A stretch of 63,618 nucleotides of DNA, filler included, from Collodictyon triciliatum (lineage: Eukaryota): the NCBI GenBank assembly GCA_043381765.1. It is 12 parts of 12 records of this genome, joined end to end, with 100 filler letters (N's around TTAATTAATTAA, not from the genome) between each part and the next. Parts side by side here need not be neighbours in the genome. Positions count along the whole stretch, not along the records: positions 1 to 4,882 come from JBHJMP010005683.1; positions 4,983 to 9,860 come from JBHJMP010005684.1; positions 9,961 to 14,837 come from JBHJMP010005685.1; 9 more parts are not named here. The stretch is one strand, 5' to 3'. This document shows, one piece after another, positions 1 to 13,852 of the stretch. How positions within the stretch are numbered: position 1 is the first letter of the stretch; each line of letters begins with the position of its first letter. The notes beneath the pieces are model-generated. The model ran no database searches. It was not told the origin of the DNA and saw only the letters and a program-made list of their open reading frames with translations. The position numbers and the translations under genes were made by a program.

Positions 1-206
1 AATAGAAAGAAATAGAAAGAAAGAAAAGAAAGAAAAAGAAAGAAAAAGAAAGAAAAAGAAAGAAAAAGAAAGAAAAAGAAAGAAAAAGATAAAGAAAGAT
101 AAAGAAAGATAAAGAAAGATAAAGAAAGATAAAGAAAGAAAAAGATAAAGAAAGATAAAGAAAGATAAAGAAAGATAAAGAAAGATAAAGAAAGATAAAG
201 AAAGAA
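1..206. repeat. purine-rich microsatellite (AAAGAAAGAT / AAAAAGAAAG)n at contig start
   Basis: Tandem 10-mer units read directly. Confidence 0.95.
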
Positions 207-843
207 ATCTGGATACGGCTGTACTTTTCTTTAACCCAGAATATCGTTATGCGAGCTGTTGATAAACAACGAATGAAAAATGCTCCTTTTTTTTTTTAAA
301 AAAAAAAAAAAACTCCATGAAAGCTTTGGGATCGCTCTTATATGTTAGGAGCCAAGTGGTGAAACCTTCGAACCAGCAGTCGTAGTAGAACATGAGTGCA
401 GCTATGACGGCGCAACAAAGAAGGAGGGCCACAGTGACCCATTTGTAGATCGTCATTTTTATCTTGGGAGCTGGATCAGTAAAAAGTATTTGTGGCACAG
501 ACTCTTTCGGGGGCCTACGCCTATGACCAACAGCTGACTCATATGTTGTTTCTTTCACTGAAATTTATTGTAATTCCCTGGCCCAGGTTTTTTCCTGTCA
601 AAATTACTATGCCAGCAAATAAGCCCAGAATATTACCTACACTACAAACACTCGAATCTAGACATTCACCATGCATTTTCTGTCGGGGGACTGTCAACTC
701 AACTGATACATAAATCTTGTGGGAAACTAGGCGAATAGTCCATTTTCGCTACATTCTAAGCTTTAGACAGTTTAACTGGTTCATCACTACCTGGGAAATA
801 GGCCAAATAATCGTCTGTTTAATGAGTTCTTTAACACTTTTCA

Positions 844-960
<117 letters not shown>

Positions 961-2572
961 TCAGACTGCATGCCATTACTTGCAATCTTATGGACACAAC
1001 TGGCTCCTGAACTGACGGAACGCCTTTGACCGAATCATACATCCCAGCTCGGCGGGCTTTCCTAATTATCCTCTTGGCTGGATTTCTTCCCTTCCTCTTT
1101 TGCATCGTAGGCCAACGCGATTGCAACCCAGCAACGCACACCAAAAGAACCACTCGGCATGCCACAAACACAAACGCATTCTGCCCGCCGTTCATAAACT
1201 CGCAAACGCGTTTACTAAAAATAATTAGGTATTGAGAAACTGTGCAACAAGAGCACTTTGAAAGAAAAAAAAAAGAGCAAGAGCAAACCAAAAACCTGAT
1301 CCTTTTTTTAATCGTTTTGATCGCCCTATCACGACTGAATAATCGGAGCTCAACTTACAAATAACCCCTTTTTTTCTTCATGAATGCTCGAAGCGAACAA
1401 ATAAAAAGAATAAAGTATTGATCCACTCATCCCCCTTTCAAGGTTCTGAAACACAAACGACCCGTTTTTCACACTCTCCCTCCTTTCCCTCCTTCCATTC
1501 TTTCTACTTTCTTTTGACTATAATTGCCTTCTTCTTCGAAAGCACATAGTAGAATAAAAGACAGTACGATGTGCGCAGGTCCCTTTACTAACTTCTCTTC
1601 TGAAACAACGGCCATTTAGCGTATTTCAGGCTAGCGATGGAAGAGTTCCTCACGTTTGATCTCTTCCTTGACCCATACCACACGCGCACGATCACCACGC
1701 CCGACGCCCCTGTTTGCCAGATTCTTTCCAAGGCCCTTCTTGAGATCGACTTCACTTTGATCCCCATGAATCCAGTCCGCCCAAACCACGATCCCTCGCG
1801 TATGGATATCTCTCGCGCATATGTCCCACACCACCAAACAAAATAATCACTTTACACATGCCCAAAACAACCTCAACCGTGTTGGGAGCAAACGAAATAA
1901 TATCACTGTGGAAAAATCAACTCATACTATAGTAAAATCATGATTTATAGATATTGAATCTACTCAAAAGATCTACGATGCTAAATAGTCAAAATGTATA
2001 TTATATTGTCTTATTTAATAATAGATGATTGACTGAATTCTTGCTTTTCTTTCTTTCTTTTTTTATTCGCTGTCACCATGAAATGCGGTTGACATGTGGT
2101 TGCTTTAGTTGTCCCTCTTCAACATGAAAGAAAGCTCGTCGAACAGGGAATCTCGCCTTCCAACTGTGTTCTGGTACTCACCACTGTAACTCCTCTAAGG
2201 TCACAATATTTGACACCCATGGAATGCCAATACAACCTGAGGCTATACTATAGGGTAGTTTTTATTTCTATTTCATTCAAGTATTGTCAAAAATTTTTTT
2301 TTTACTAATTAAAAAAGGGAATAAGAAAGAACTCCAAAAAATGTGTTATGTGTGGTCATCATATTTCAGCATAATAATCCATACTTGCAAATCAAATAAT
2401 CTTTTCTCTAAAGTTGTTCATGTCTTTTCATAATGTAAAACTAATTTTTACGTCGGACTGTAAAAAAAACAAAAACTTCCTTCCCTTTAATCGAATTTAG
2501 GGGGAAATAATGCAAAAATAATTAAAACATAGTCAAAGTTTGCAACTAGCTAAACCCTTGCTCTCTCTACAG

Positions 2573-4063
2573 ATGCCTCAACTAAAAGGATATCTATTCA
2601 AAAGAGGAGAAAAAGGAATAGTAAAGAACTGGAAACGTAGATGGTTTGAGCTCGATGGAAACTCCTTGTATTACTCAAAATCACAGGGCGCATCCCATCA
2701 TATCAATAGTATATCGTTATTTAGAATAAAACAAGTGTCATACGATGCGAAAGATGCGGAAACTCCTAGGTGATTCTTTTCATTCAATACATATCCATTA
2801 AGCCCAACTCTTGACTTTATACGACCAAACCGTACTGAATATTTGATTCCTCTTCACTTCCTTTTTTTATTCCAACATCACAAGTATGCAAAGGGAGCCC
2901 TCACAATTTCCATTTCGCGTAACTACTCCAGAAAGAGTATATTCATTGATAGCAGAAACAGAAAACGAATGGGTATGATAATCCATACATTATTCATCCA
3001 CATTATATTATCTAATAAAAGGCCAGAACACGGAATGTCGTCCTTAAACACGCTTCTCACCTAGCATACCTTTTCCTTCATTTAAATTGGGGTTCTCTTT
3101 CTTGACTTTGATGATGCTTTTTCTTTTTCTTTTTCTTTTTCTTTTTCTTTTTCTTTTTCTTTTTCTTTTTCTTTTTCTTTTTCTTTTTCTTTTTCTTTTT
3201 CTTTTTCTTTTTCTTTTTCTTTTATTGTCAAAGGTGGAATGGGTCACAAAGCTGACCGAGATATGTCGTGTCTTGGAAAGTTTTGAACACACCGAAGAAA
3301 TGCAGACACCTGACCTCAGATTGTCGCACCAGGCATCATCGGCGTCGTCGGTGCATGATTTTTCGAGCCAGTCACTACATTTTTGGGGTAATTCAGAAGC
3401 ATCGCCCTCTCGTATTAGATATATATTCGCTCAGTGACCCATAATATCATAAAAAAATTTTTTTTTTTAACAACGACAAACAAATGATTACACAGGCTCA
3501 GAAACATCAACACTCAAGGGAGCAAGGCCTCGGACGGTAATCACATTATGACTTGGCTTTCTTTTCCTCAATTTACTTATTTATAAATATTTTAAAAATA
3601 GAGCGAAAACTTAAGAATCAACTCTGCAAGGAAATACCAAATGTAATTAAAATTCTATGTTTTTTTTCTTTTTTATTGTAACCAGCTATCCATTCGGCTC
3701 TGTGGGTATCTTTGGAAAAGAGGAGACATTGGGCTGTGGAAAACGTGGAAGCGAAGGTGGTTTGTGATGGAAGGAGTCGACCTTGCGTACTACTCATCAG
3801 AAGAGGACCTCCGGAAAATCGACTCCATCGACCTCCAAAACGCCGAGCAGATAGCCCCTTACGAGCGCAAAGATATTCTCCCACCCAACGACAAAGCTTT
3901 TTTGTTTTCGTTGAGAGTACCTGGCCGAGTGTATTACTTGGCAGCAGACACAGACTCCGAGCGCGGCCGTTGGCTCAACTTGATAGGGCTTGTCTTGCAC
4001 AAAGGAACGCGCATCACATCATGGTCGCATGCGCCCATATCTGCCCAGGCACTGGATTCATGA
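2573..4063 (+). CDS. tandem PH-domain protein (multi-exon; 5' end may extend to about 2124)
   Basis: PH1: KGYLFKRGEKGIVKNWKRRWFELDGNSLYYSK...RVYSLIAE...EWVTKL. PH2: LCGYLWKRGDIGLWKTWKRRWFVMEG...RVYYLAADTDSERGRWL. GT-AG introns; stop at 4063. Confidence 0.85.
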
Positions 4064-4600
4064 TTGGCACACTCGTGCAGTTTATGTTGCCCAGGCGTGT
4101 GGAAGTAAGAAGGAAAAAGAAACCTTGCACAAGCAGCCAATTTTTCTTTCTTCTACGCCCCTAGTATTTCAATGCTTCCGTTCTATTCTTTGCCTTGTCC
4201 CCTACTGATTCCCTCGCATTTCTTTATTCTCTGTCTTACTATGTGGATTACTGTTGTATAATGAAAAGAATTATTATATTACTAAGTGAAGAGGAGAATC
4301 GGAAATGATTATAGCCTTAACGGCTAGCTTTTTATCGTCTGCCCCGTTTGTGTTTACTACATAACAAGTGTAAGTCTGATATTCGGCGCTATCATCTTCG
4401 TTGGGCAGTCGACGCCTTGTTTAGTTTATGTCTTTTCCTTTTGGCTAATACTACTTTTTTTTTTCCAACAGAAAAAGAAAATAGTTTCTTTGATGATATG
4501 AACCATATCCAGCAAAAATAAATAAATATGGAACGAAAGCATTCGCTCTCAGTACACCCAACATGTCGCCGCAGAGTTTCCTGTTAATTTGGTGCTTGTT

Positions 4601-4792
4601 TTATGTCTGAGGTTTATATGTCACCTTGGATGTGTTTGTTTCATAAAGCGTGACATAATCTAGAAGGGGCAGTCTTGGCTGAAGTTGGTGATAAATCCAG
4701 GAGGCTATATACTCTGCTGTTGGCGAGTCTGTTTGGAGCGTATCATTCAGCCAGTGATGGTCGAGATGCGATTCCACAAGAGGCTTCACTAC
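4601..4792 (-). CDS. 6-pyruvoyl-tetrahydropterin synthase / QueD family (T-fold), last exon only
   Basis: LDHHWLND...PTAEYIASWIY...VTLYETNTS matches the PTPS/QueD C-terminal motifs LDH.xLN, PTxE and ET; preceded by an AG acceptor. Confidence 0.85.
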   Translation of the reverse strand, partial: VVKPLVESHLDHHWLNDTLQTDSPTAEYIASWIYHQLQPRLPLLDYVTLYETNTSKVTYKPQT

Positions 4793-4799
4793 CTAGAAA

Positions 4800-4882
<83 letters not shown>

Positions 4883-4982
4883 NNNNNNNNNNNNNNNNNN
4901 NNNNNNNNNNNNNNNNNNNNNNNNNNTTAATTAATTAANNNNNNNNNNNNNNNNNNNNNNNNNNNNNNNNNNNNNNNNNNNN
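4883..4982. other. artificial contig linker N44-TTAATTAATTAA-N44 (also at 9861, 14838, 19812, 24788, 29764, 34740, 43740, 48713, 53685, 58652)
   Basis: Identical 100-nt spacer with six-frame stops occurs 11 times. Confidence 0.98.
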
Positions 4983-7620
4983 GGGCGCTCTTTAGAAATA
5001 AATCGACATATGTTCGACTAGAGAAAGCTGAGTAAGTGCTGGCAAGTACCTTAAAATGAGCGGCAAAGTCTGCAATAATAGTCCGTCTAATTTCAGCAGA
5101 TAACGCATCAATCTTATGAGCAAAATCAAAGTCTGATAAGCCTCCTTCCAACAGTTCCTAACAATATAATATCTCTGTCATACTGTGGCATCTGTGCTAT
5201 TCTTTAGTCCCCTGTATTTCAAGGTATGTATCAGTTCTTTAGGTAGTGACTCAAATACGGCAAACTTGGATTATTGTGGCTGCTGGTGAATTTTCGTCTC
5301 TATGAGTCCTATACCCTGATGCGCTTATTGGTCGCTGGTTTTTGTAACTTTTTGCATCTAGTAAACTTATTTCGCACGAAGAATATTATTAAACTACCAA
5401 ACTGCTTGCTTTAAAAAATCGTAGGTAATATTCAAACGAGAGAATATGTGTTGATTGTCTAGACAAATGGAATTTTATTTAAAACTCACTTTCTTGTGCT
5501 TGGAACTTCTGTAGGGATCTGAATAAAAGAAAATAACATTTTGTGAATGATAAACTGACAGTAATTCAGGAGAAAATATCATGTTTACACCAACTAAATG
5601 AAGGTAATAGATTTACTAATTAAGTTCAAAAAAAAACCATCCATTGATTTTAATTTTTCAAATCACCGATGACTTCTTTGAAGAATTCTGGGGGGACGCA
5701 ATAAGATAGCCGCCATCAAATATACTGTCCTCCGGCTTCATGTATTTCCCATTTATCTCATCTTCAAAATCTTGTCAATCAGGAAGAAAGCAGTTGATTA
5801 AGATCAATGCAATTTCTTTTTATATTACTTCATTAAACATATAAAGGCATTTGAAGATTACCGAATCCCATCAATTTTGCTGAAGCAAATGATTGCATTC
5901 GCTCTCGATTCACTTTCTTATCATCCTTCGGGATATCTTTAAATCTTTGATCAAGAACAACCGCTCTTAATTGAGTGGGTACATGTACAGCAACATTGCT
6001 TCGAGGATAGTCCGACTGATGGAGTGCTGGGCTGCGACCTAAATTAATCTGCTGAATTAAGTATGTAAAATCTATACGAAAATTGTATTAAATAGAACTT
6101 ATAGCAGACGTTTCGATTGAGACTTGCGATACGTAAAATTTCGACCTTTTTCAGTGCTCAGACTTGTATTCAAAGCAACCTTTTGCTTCGGGTGTGGATT
6201 GATCACAGTTTCAATAGGGAAGTGGATAACATAAGCCGAATTTGAAGACATGAAACTATAAATATTTGCATAGCATAAATGAATGAGTATACCACAGCAG
6301 CTCCAGCAGAGCCAGGACGAGATGATGGAACCGATCTTATGCCAGTTACACTTGGAGTGAAACTATCCGCTGACCCACGTTTTGATTGTGGTTGAATTGC
6401 CATGGTGCCACTTGCATTGGTTCGCGATGATATTGACGATACCGTTTCCGGATTTGATGGCGAGCGCGGTAGGCCTGGATTTGCATAGCCCCACCCAGAC
6501 ACCATCATGGCAGACGAGTTCTTGTTGAATTCACGGTCAATATTGATTGTGCGTCATACCACAATCAAGTTTAAATATCCAAAAAAAAAGTGATTATTTT
6601 GCGATGATGTCATGACTCTTTTCTTGAAGTCAGATCAAATGAGAAAACGAAAGAAAGGCAGAAAGAAAACCTCAGTGATAAATCCCCGCGGGATGGTTTC
6701 GTACTTTTTACCGGCTCGCACTTGCATATTCCTCCTTGGACGGGATGGACTCTCTCCCAAGGACTTAAATAAAGATTTACAAAAAAGAAAAAGAAAAAAG
6801 ATTTATATTCACTCGCGATATTCGTCTATGCAGTAAGTTTTGTTGATTAAAAGACGTGGGAAGAGGGAGCGGAAGAAAGTGTCCCTGGATTTAGGAAATG
6901 AGCTCACATTCGCAGAGGCTCGAAAATCACCGTGAGACGAACTTCTGTAAAAATCTTCATCTCTGAATCGCCCTGCCTCTTCGCGGGTACCCTTCAAAAA
7001 GGTTCATTGTAGGCTTATTTAGATAATTTGTCTCTAAACTTCGAAGCGGTCTTATCTAATCTAAATGAATATAAAAACGTTCTGCGACGGGGTACAGCGT
7101 ACTTTTTTTCGATCTGGATGAATCGGAGGAGTCCGCTTTGATGTTTGGATGATAAGGTCTTCCGGGAACTGAATGTTGAATATGCTAATAGGTTCGACTA
7201 GACGAAGTTATTTCACAGATGGTGTTAAAGGTTCGATCCTGGAATACTCTTAATATAGAATCATTTAAGCTGGTAAGATAAATATAAAAAAAGAAGAAAA
7301 ACAGATATCAAAAATACCAAAAAAAAAACCAGAAATAAAGAAAAACAGAAAAAAAAGGAAAAAAGAAAAAAAAGAAATAAAGGGAAAACAGAAAGATGAA
7401 AGAAATGAAAAGGCCAGCTTACTGTTTGGAGGGAGATCCATCTTCAAAGCAGGCTACTGGGCGACTGCAACAGGAGAAGGAAAAGGGATCAGCGCTTTGT
7501 TCGGCGCGGAGTGAGTTTGCCTGGGGCGTGAGAAAGGTATAAGAAACGAAGGGAAAGCAGAAGTCCTTTGGGCAAGCTTTCGCTCTGGGCCACCCACCAT
7601 ACCCTGTCGGGCAGGCATTT
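4983..7620 (-). CDS. uncharacterised multi-exon protein, Ser/Pro/Arg-rich N-terminus, truncated by contig end
   Basis: Series of exon-like, splice-site-flanked segments (e.g. MMVSGWGYANPGLPRSPSNPETVSS..., VPTQLRAVVLDQRFKDIPKDDKKVNRERMQ..., GGLSDFDFAHKIDALSAEIRRTIIADFAAHFK); no family recognised. Confidence 0.55.
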
Positions 7621-8080
7621 CTCTTTGCGCTTGCCTGGTTGTCACGTACTCAGTTTTACGTCTTGGCCAACTCGCATCGTCGGCTGCTGCTGTGTAATGG
7701 AGAACGCCCGCCCAAACCTGAAGCTTCATCCATGCCTGATTTGGGCTTGGCGTTGAGGATCTATAGACATATTTGGATAAGATTGTTTTGTTTGGAAAAA
7801 TCCTATTCGGATAAAATGTAACGGATTGTAATTGACATTTCACCCATAACTGGCCTTTTTTTCTCTTTCCGGTATTTTGTTTAATGGCAAGGAAGAATTC
7901 AATGAAACATTCTATTTAAATTATTCCAACCGTTTCCACATAGAGAAGTTCTTTTAAAAATCAATTCTGGAATAATCAGCAGATGAATCAAATCTCACCA
8001 ATCAACAGGTTCTGTTTGCGATCAAAGCCCAACCCCACAAAGCGAGCGCAACTCAACACAACTAAGCTCCACTCAAGAGA

Positions 8081-8126
<46 letters not shown>

Positions 8127-8252
8127 AAGAATGATAACCAAATCCTGCCACAGCACACACCAAGGAGACCGATCTGCAAGAACTCTCCCATCAAGCAAAC
8201 AGGAAAAAAAAGCGAGCAGACCAACCGGGCCAACGCATCAACCGCCGCAGCC

Positions 8253-9860
8253 ATGGACGGCAAACCCGAGCGCAATCTCAACAAGGAGCTTTCGTCGCGC
8301 CTCTATCTCGCGCCCCAGCTCAAGCGTCCCACAGCGCTGCAGACCGGCCCAACTCCGCTTCCTAACCCGGGCAGCCACGGCCAGTCGCATCCCAGTCATC
8401 ATCACCTGCAGCCCATCGGCTCTTCGACAGGCACAAACGCGCCGCTGACGCCAAACTTTCCATCGCGCGGATTCGGGCCCCGCCTTCCTTCGCCCGTCCA
8501 CACGCATGGCACACAACACGCTTCGCCGCTGTCGCTGTCGCTGCCTCCGTCCAATGCGCTCACGCCAAACCACAATCTGGTTCCGCTGGCCTCGCCTGCT
8601 CTCCAGCCCACCAAGCGCGAAGTCACGGCCGTGGCCTCAAAGAAGGTCCCGCCAATCGCCCGCAATGCCAAAGTCACCAGCTTTGTGCAGCCGCCAAATG
8701 CGTCCCTGTCATCCCTGTCGCAGAACGCCAATGCAAGTCTGAACAATTTGGACCATCCGCTCTCTCCGCCTGCAAACAGGTCAGTTCTCAATCAGAATGG
8801 CTCACTGCTGTCCTCGAGTGTGGAGGGGCTGGATGAGCTGGAGGGGAGGAAGAGGACTCGACCCGATCGCCCATTGTCGGCCCAGAAAGCCGTGAATCCG
8901 CAGCCACCTGACCAGACCCAACCAGAGAACGGCAGGGCGCCCCGAAAGCGTCCTAATTCAGCTCAGAATCGCGCTCAGGTTCAGGCTGATGAGAAGAAAC
9001 CTGTGGACCCGTTCGAGTTTATAGGTACGTATCCAGCATTCTATACGCAGGATGGAATTTTTCACCAGATCGGAGACTGAAGTATCATACTTCACTCATG
9101 GATCATCTCTTTATTTTTTCTCTCGCTATTACCTATATTAATGCGCCGAAACAGCTTCTGTTAGGAAAGTCAAGGATTCGGTCGATTTTGTGTACATGGT
9201 TGCCCAAGATTCAGAGACGATGAACTCTAATCCGTACAACTTGCGAATTGTATCTCATGCAGAGGCAAACAAGTCTGATTTCTACACCGCCAGCTCTGCT
9301 GGAATTACCCACTTTGTTGATGGTGTTGCTGGTGAGTAAAATTTTTATATATTCTTCCTTTCAATTTGTGCAGTGTGAGTTGGTGAGAAACACAATTTTC
9401 TGTGTTGTCAATTAGCTTTTTTTTCTCTCCTGACGCAGTTGATAGTATCACTACCACATCATATTGCATTAACCGTCTTTAATCAAAATGCTACCAAACA
9501 AGTTACGCTGGTTGTTAGCCCATCGCACACCATGCGTAGCTATTGACATGTTGAATCCCATGACGAATTAACTTTCCTTTTCCTTTTCTTTTTCTTTTTC
9601 TTTTTCTTTTTCTTTTTCTTTTTCTTTTTCTTTTTCTTTTTCTTTTTCTTTTTCTTTTTCTTTTTCTTTTTCTTTTGTTTTTCTTTTGTTTTTCTTTTGT
9701 TTTTCTTTTGTTTTTCTTTCTAGATTTTACTCCTCTCGATCAATGGGAGCGGGAATATCTCCTTTTTAGAAAGATTCTGCAAATTCCTTTTTTCAAAAAG
9801 TTTCGTCTGTGGAGATGTTATGTTGCCTGGAAGAAATTCGTGCGGTCGAAGAAAATACAA
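8253..9860 (+). CDS. DNAH6: axonemal inner-arm dynein heavy chain, DNAH6-like, N-terminal exons (partial)
   Basis: Pro-rich leader, then NPYNLRIVSH...FYTASSAGITHFVDG / DFTPLDQWEREYLLFRKILQIPFFKKFRLWRCYVAWKKFVR, typical of the DNAH6-class tail. Confidence 0.75.
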
Positions 9861-10094
9861 NNNNNNNNNNNNNNNNNNNNNNNNNNNNNNNNNNNNNNNN
9901 NNNNTTAATTAATTAANNNNNNNNNNNNNNNNNNNNNNNNNNNNNNNNNNNNNNNNNNNNAAAGAGAAGAAAGAGAAGAAAGAGAAGAAAGAGAAGAAAG
10001 AGAAGAAAGAGAAGAAAGAGAAGAAAGAGAAGAAAGAGAAGAAAGAGAAGAAAGAGAAGAAAGTAGAGTCCCTCTGAATGACACACAAAAATAG

Positions 10095-13000
10095 ATGTCG
10101 AGCCTGCTCAAGAAAGCGGTTGGGCGCAAGTCTTACGTGGAGCCCGACGGTGTGTCGGACTCTATGATTGTGGACGCGATGAGCCCGTCGTTCAACGCGC
10201 GGATGAAGGACGTGCTGAAGCAGAACGGAAACTCGCAGACGGACCCGCTGCTGTCGCCTTCGCAACCGATCACGCTCAGCAGCGTCCCACGCAGCGTCCC
10301 GTTCATCCTCGCACAAGAGTGCTGCGAACGGTGGGTCCCAGTCCCCATTCTCCTGTTCTTTGTAAACAACTCTATTCCCCACTCTTCTATTCTTCTCTTT
10401 CTCTTTCTTTTTCCTCTTCCATTTTCCTCTTCCATTTTCCTTTCTGTTTTCATGTTGTCCACTTTACTCTTTATTTTTTCAGTTCTCTTTCACTCATTCC
10501 ATCCTTGTAGCTTCTCATTTTATGGCATGAAGACGGTTCTTTTCGTCTATCTGACCGACTACCACGAGTTCTCGGACAACACATCCACAGCCATCGTCCA
10601 TCTTTTCATCGCTTACGCTTACATGACCCCGCTAGTAAGTCCGCCACATACTGATACCTCCTCAGTCTGCGTGACGGCGCATACGGCCCACTGTGGTGTT
10701 CTATTCTCTCTCTCTCTCTCTCTGACTAAACTCTCTCTCTCTCGTAGATTGGTGGTATCATCTCTGACTCTTACTGGGGTATATCATCCTGCCACGCATC
10801 CCATGATATTGTTCAGTCCATTCACGATTTCTAGTCACATCGTTTTATTCCTCAGACCCTTCTCAAACACTGCGCCTTGTAGGAAAGTATAAAACCATCC
10901 TCTATCTGTCCGTCGTCTATGCGATGGGCTCCATCATCCTCGCCATCACAGCGAACGAGAGCATCACTGGTGGGAGCCCTCAGTTCTGGGGCTGCGCTCT
11001 TGGTCTTGTTCTTGTGGGCTTTGGAACTGGAGGAATCAAACCTTGTGTCTCATCCTTCATTGGCGACCAGTTTACAGCTGAGCAGGTGTACACAATACTC
11101 CCATATCCCTACCTTACGACTCCTTCCAACTCTATGATATTTTCTTACTTTGCTCCCTTGCAAACTCATCTTTTTCACTTGCTCACATTTCCATACGAAT
11201 TCTACTGACCCTATGCTCTGGACAGGCTACGATGCTCACGTCGGTCTTCGCCTGGTTCTACTTTGCAATCAACACTGGTTCTTTGGCATCCACTTTCCTC
11301 AGCCCTATTATTCGCGAGGAAGCTGGGTTTGAGTATGCCTTTGGTATCCCTGCCATTCTGCTCTTGCTTGCAACCCTTTTCTTCTATCTGGGAAAGAAGC
11401 ACTACCGCTTCGTAAGTTCATGACGCCAGTCAAAAAACTGACAACTAAGCGAGCCATACTATAGCATACTTAAGATAATGTTAAAAAAAATGCGGTGAAA
11501 ATGAACCTGATCTCCAACAAATCGCTAATCGCCACATCGTTCATTGTAGGCCCCTCTAACAGACAATGTGTTGGCCAAGTTCTACAGGGTTGTCAAGGTA
11601 TATACTCTCCTTGAAAAAATACACATCATTCTCTTCTAGTATGTATTTGGTGTCATAGTTTCGCATATATTTGCGCTATGTGTCTGTCATGAGCACTTTC
11701 ATTTATATGAATATTCCCCTCCTGAAAAGGTCTCTCTTGTGGACCGTTTCCAACGTGGCCTCTTGAATCCCTCTCGTGAGCTTGACCATTGGATGGACGG
11801 AGCAAAGAACTACTACGATAGCCAACTTGTTGATGATTGCAAAGCTGTGACCTCTGTTCTTCGCATTTTCTTGTAATTTAAAATCCTCTACTATTTTGAA
11901 TCAAGTACATGAAGAACGATGGAAGAAAGGGAAAAAGATTTTATTTCAGCTGCGAAAGCCATTATAATCTAACTTGTCAGTTTTTTTAATTTTTTTTATT
12001 ACTATGAATACCAAGGCCTATTCCAGTCTTTTGGATGCTTTACGACCAGGTCACCACACGCTGGACTATCCAGGCCGAAGAAATGGACCGAGACATGGGT
12101 TTTTACAAGATTCCTCAAGATCAAGTGTACAGTTTTACTAAATACCAATAAAATTTTGAGTTTAAATATCCTTAAACAAAATTGGACGATGGTACCATCA
12201 GAGTACATAACGAATGCAAAAAACAGGCGTGATTGTATAACGGTCCATCTCAAAAATGGGTATCAAACTCATCTTAACCACACTACATCTCTCTCTAGCC
12301 AAGTCCTGAACCCCCTGCTGATTTTGATCTTGATTCCCATCTTCGACCGTGGAATCTATCCCTTCCTCGACCGCGTGGGGGTATGTTTCTTTACCCCGTT
12401 ATTTTTCTCATCTCTTTCAGATAGTAGATCATCATACTACACCAATGCCCTTCGCTGACCCTCGCATGAATCCATATGCAATTGCAAAAGTAAACAAAAA
12501 GAGTGATTATTAATGACTTATATCTCATTGTGACGAATATTAGCTCAGAATGGGTATGCTCACAGTAAGTACTTAAACAACATATACACACATGTAAAGT
12601 TTGACATTCTTTCCCAATCCTTTGATTGACACTTACTTCCTTATGGAAAGTAATTTTTTTTTTTAAAAAAACTACGATTCTATCGTTTTCCTCTGACACT
12701 CGCAGCGTATGACTGTTGGAATGATCCTGACGGCTGCAACCTTTGTGATTGCTGCATTTGTCCAGCTTGCCATCGACTCTGCGGACCCCGAGACAGTCTC
12801 CGTTTGGTGGCAGGTGTGCGATAACGAACTGCTTCTTTATTGTGTCTCTTGTACTCTTAGATATCTTACTAGTCCACAAATCTTAAACCATGAGTGCTTT
12901 TCTTTCCCTTGACACAACTTTTCTATTTTTTCTATTTTTTTTTTTTTTTGGGAGGGGAGGGGGAACATGTCAGTTTTTCTAATCCATTTTTACTTTGATT

Positions 13001-13631
13001 TAAATCAGCTTCCCCAATACTTTGTCCTCAGCTGCTCCGAAATCATGGTGAGCACAATTATGTATTATACCTATTTAACTTCACAACCGACACAAATATG
13101 GTAATCTCGACTTTTGTTGGGCATCTAAAGTGTTCCTGCAAAGGTTGCAAATACACTGACGTCGTTATAACCTGTGGATAGGTTTCCATCACTGGTCTTG
13201 AGTTCGCCTATGCCAACGCCCCGACCAGCATGAAATCGATTGTCATGGCTTCGTGGCAACTCACTGTCGCCGTCGGAAACATTGTCGTGGCCATCATCGC
13301 CGAAGTCTCCTTCTTGGATCCGGTAATCTTCTTCATATATACTCTCGCACTTTTTCTTCTACCGATCCATAGCAGCTTAGGTAAACTGAATGCGAAACCG
13401 ATCTCCAACAAGACTCGTTCTTGCACATCCCTCTCTACCCACCCCTTGCGGCCGGAGCACCAATTCGCTTTTTGCTCTCCGCCACTACTCACCACTGGTC
13501 TCTCGTACATGCAGGCGGCCGAGTTCTTCTTCTTCGCCGGGCTGATGGGCCTCTTTGTGATTCTCTTCTTCTTTGTGGCCCGCAACTTCCGCCCGCCACC
13601 ACCATCAATCCCCAATACACCCAACCTTTAA
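10095..13631 (+). CDS. proton-dependent oligopeptide transporter (POT/PTR2, SLC15-like), multi-exon, complete
   Basis: ECCERFSFYGMK (ExxERFxYY motif), GTGGIKPCVSSFIGDQF, WFYFAINTGS, TGLEFAYANAPTSMKS. Confidence 0.93.
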
Positions 13632-13852
13632 AGAAGCTACACCGTTTGCCCACTAGGTGGTTGGCAGTCTTTGGAGGCTCGTTTCAGACCTCTGTCCTGT
13701 CACACGCCCTAATAAATCCATACACGCAGACACCACACGACCATAGGCACTTGCGTGGGGCTTACAAACCAACTTGTTTTATTCGGGCCGCTGCGCCTCG
13801 CTCAACGAGTTCCCTTTCAACGAGACCGACTGCGCGACAAGCGTTGGGAGAC

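Noticed and set aside
247-558. ORF with a hydrophobic stretch (MTIYKWVTVALLLCCAVIAA...)
   Set aside because: Could be an exon of a membrane protein, but no family or consistent gene model is recognisable
1637-1846. GC-richer ORF MEEFLTFDLFLDP...
   Set aside because: Exon-like, but it cannot be assigned or reliably joined to neighbouring exons
3044-3292. Low-complexity ORFs (poly-KR, FL, RE, N, Y, HSFI etc.) here and throughout the ORF track
   Set aside because: They are translations of intronic microsatellites
4927-4938. Regularly spaced TTAATTAATTAA palindrome as a CRISPR-like or insertion-site repeat
   Set aside because: Always embedded in 44 N on each side; it is a six-frame-stop assembly linker
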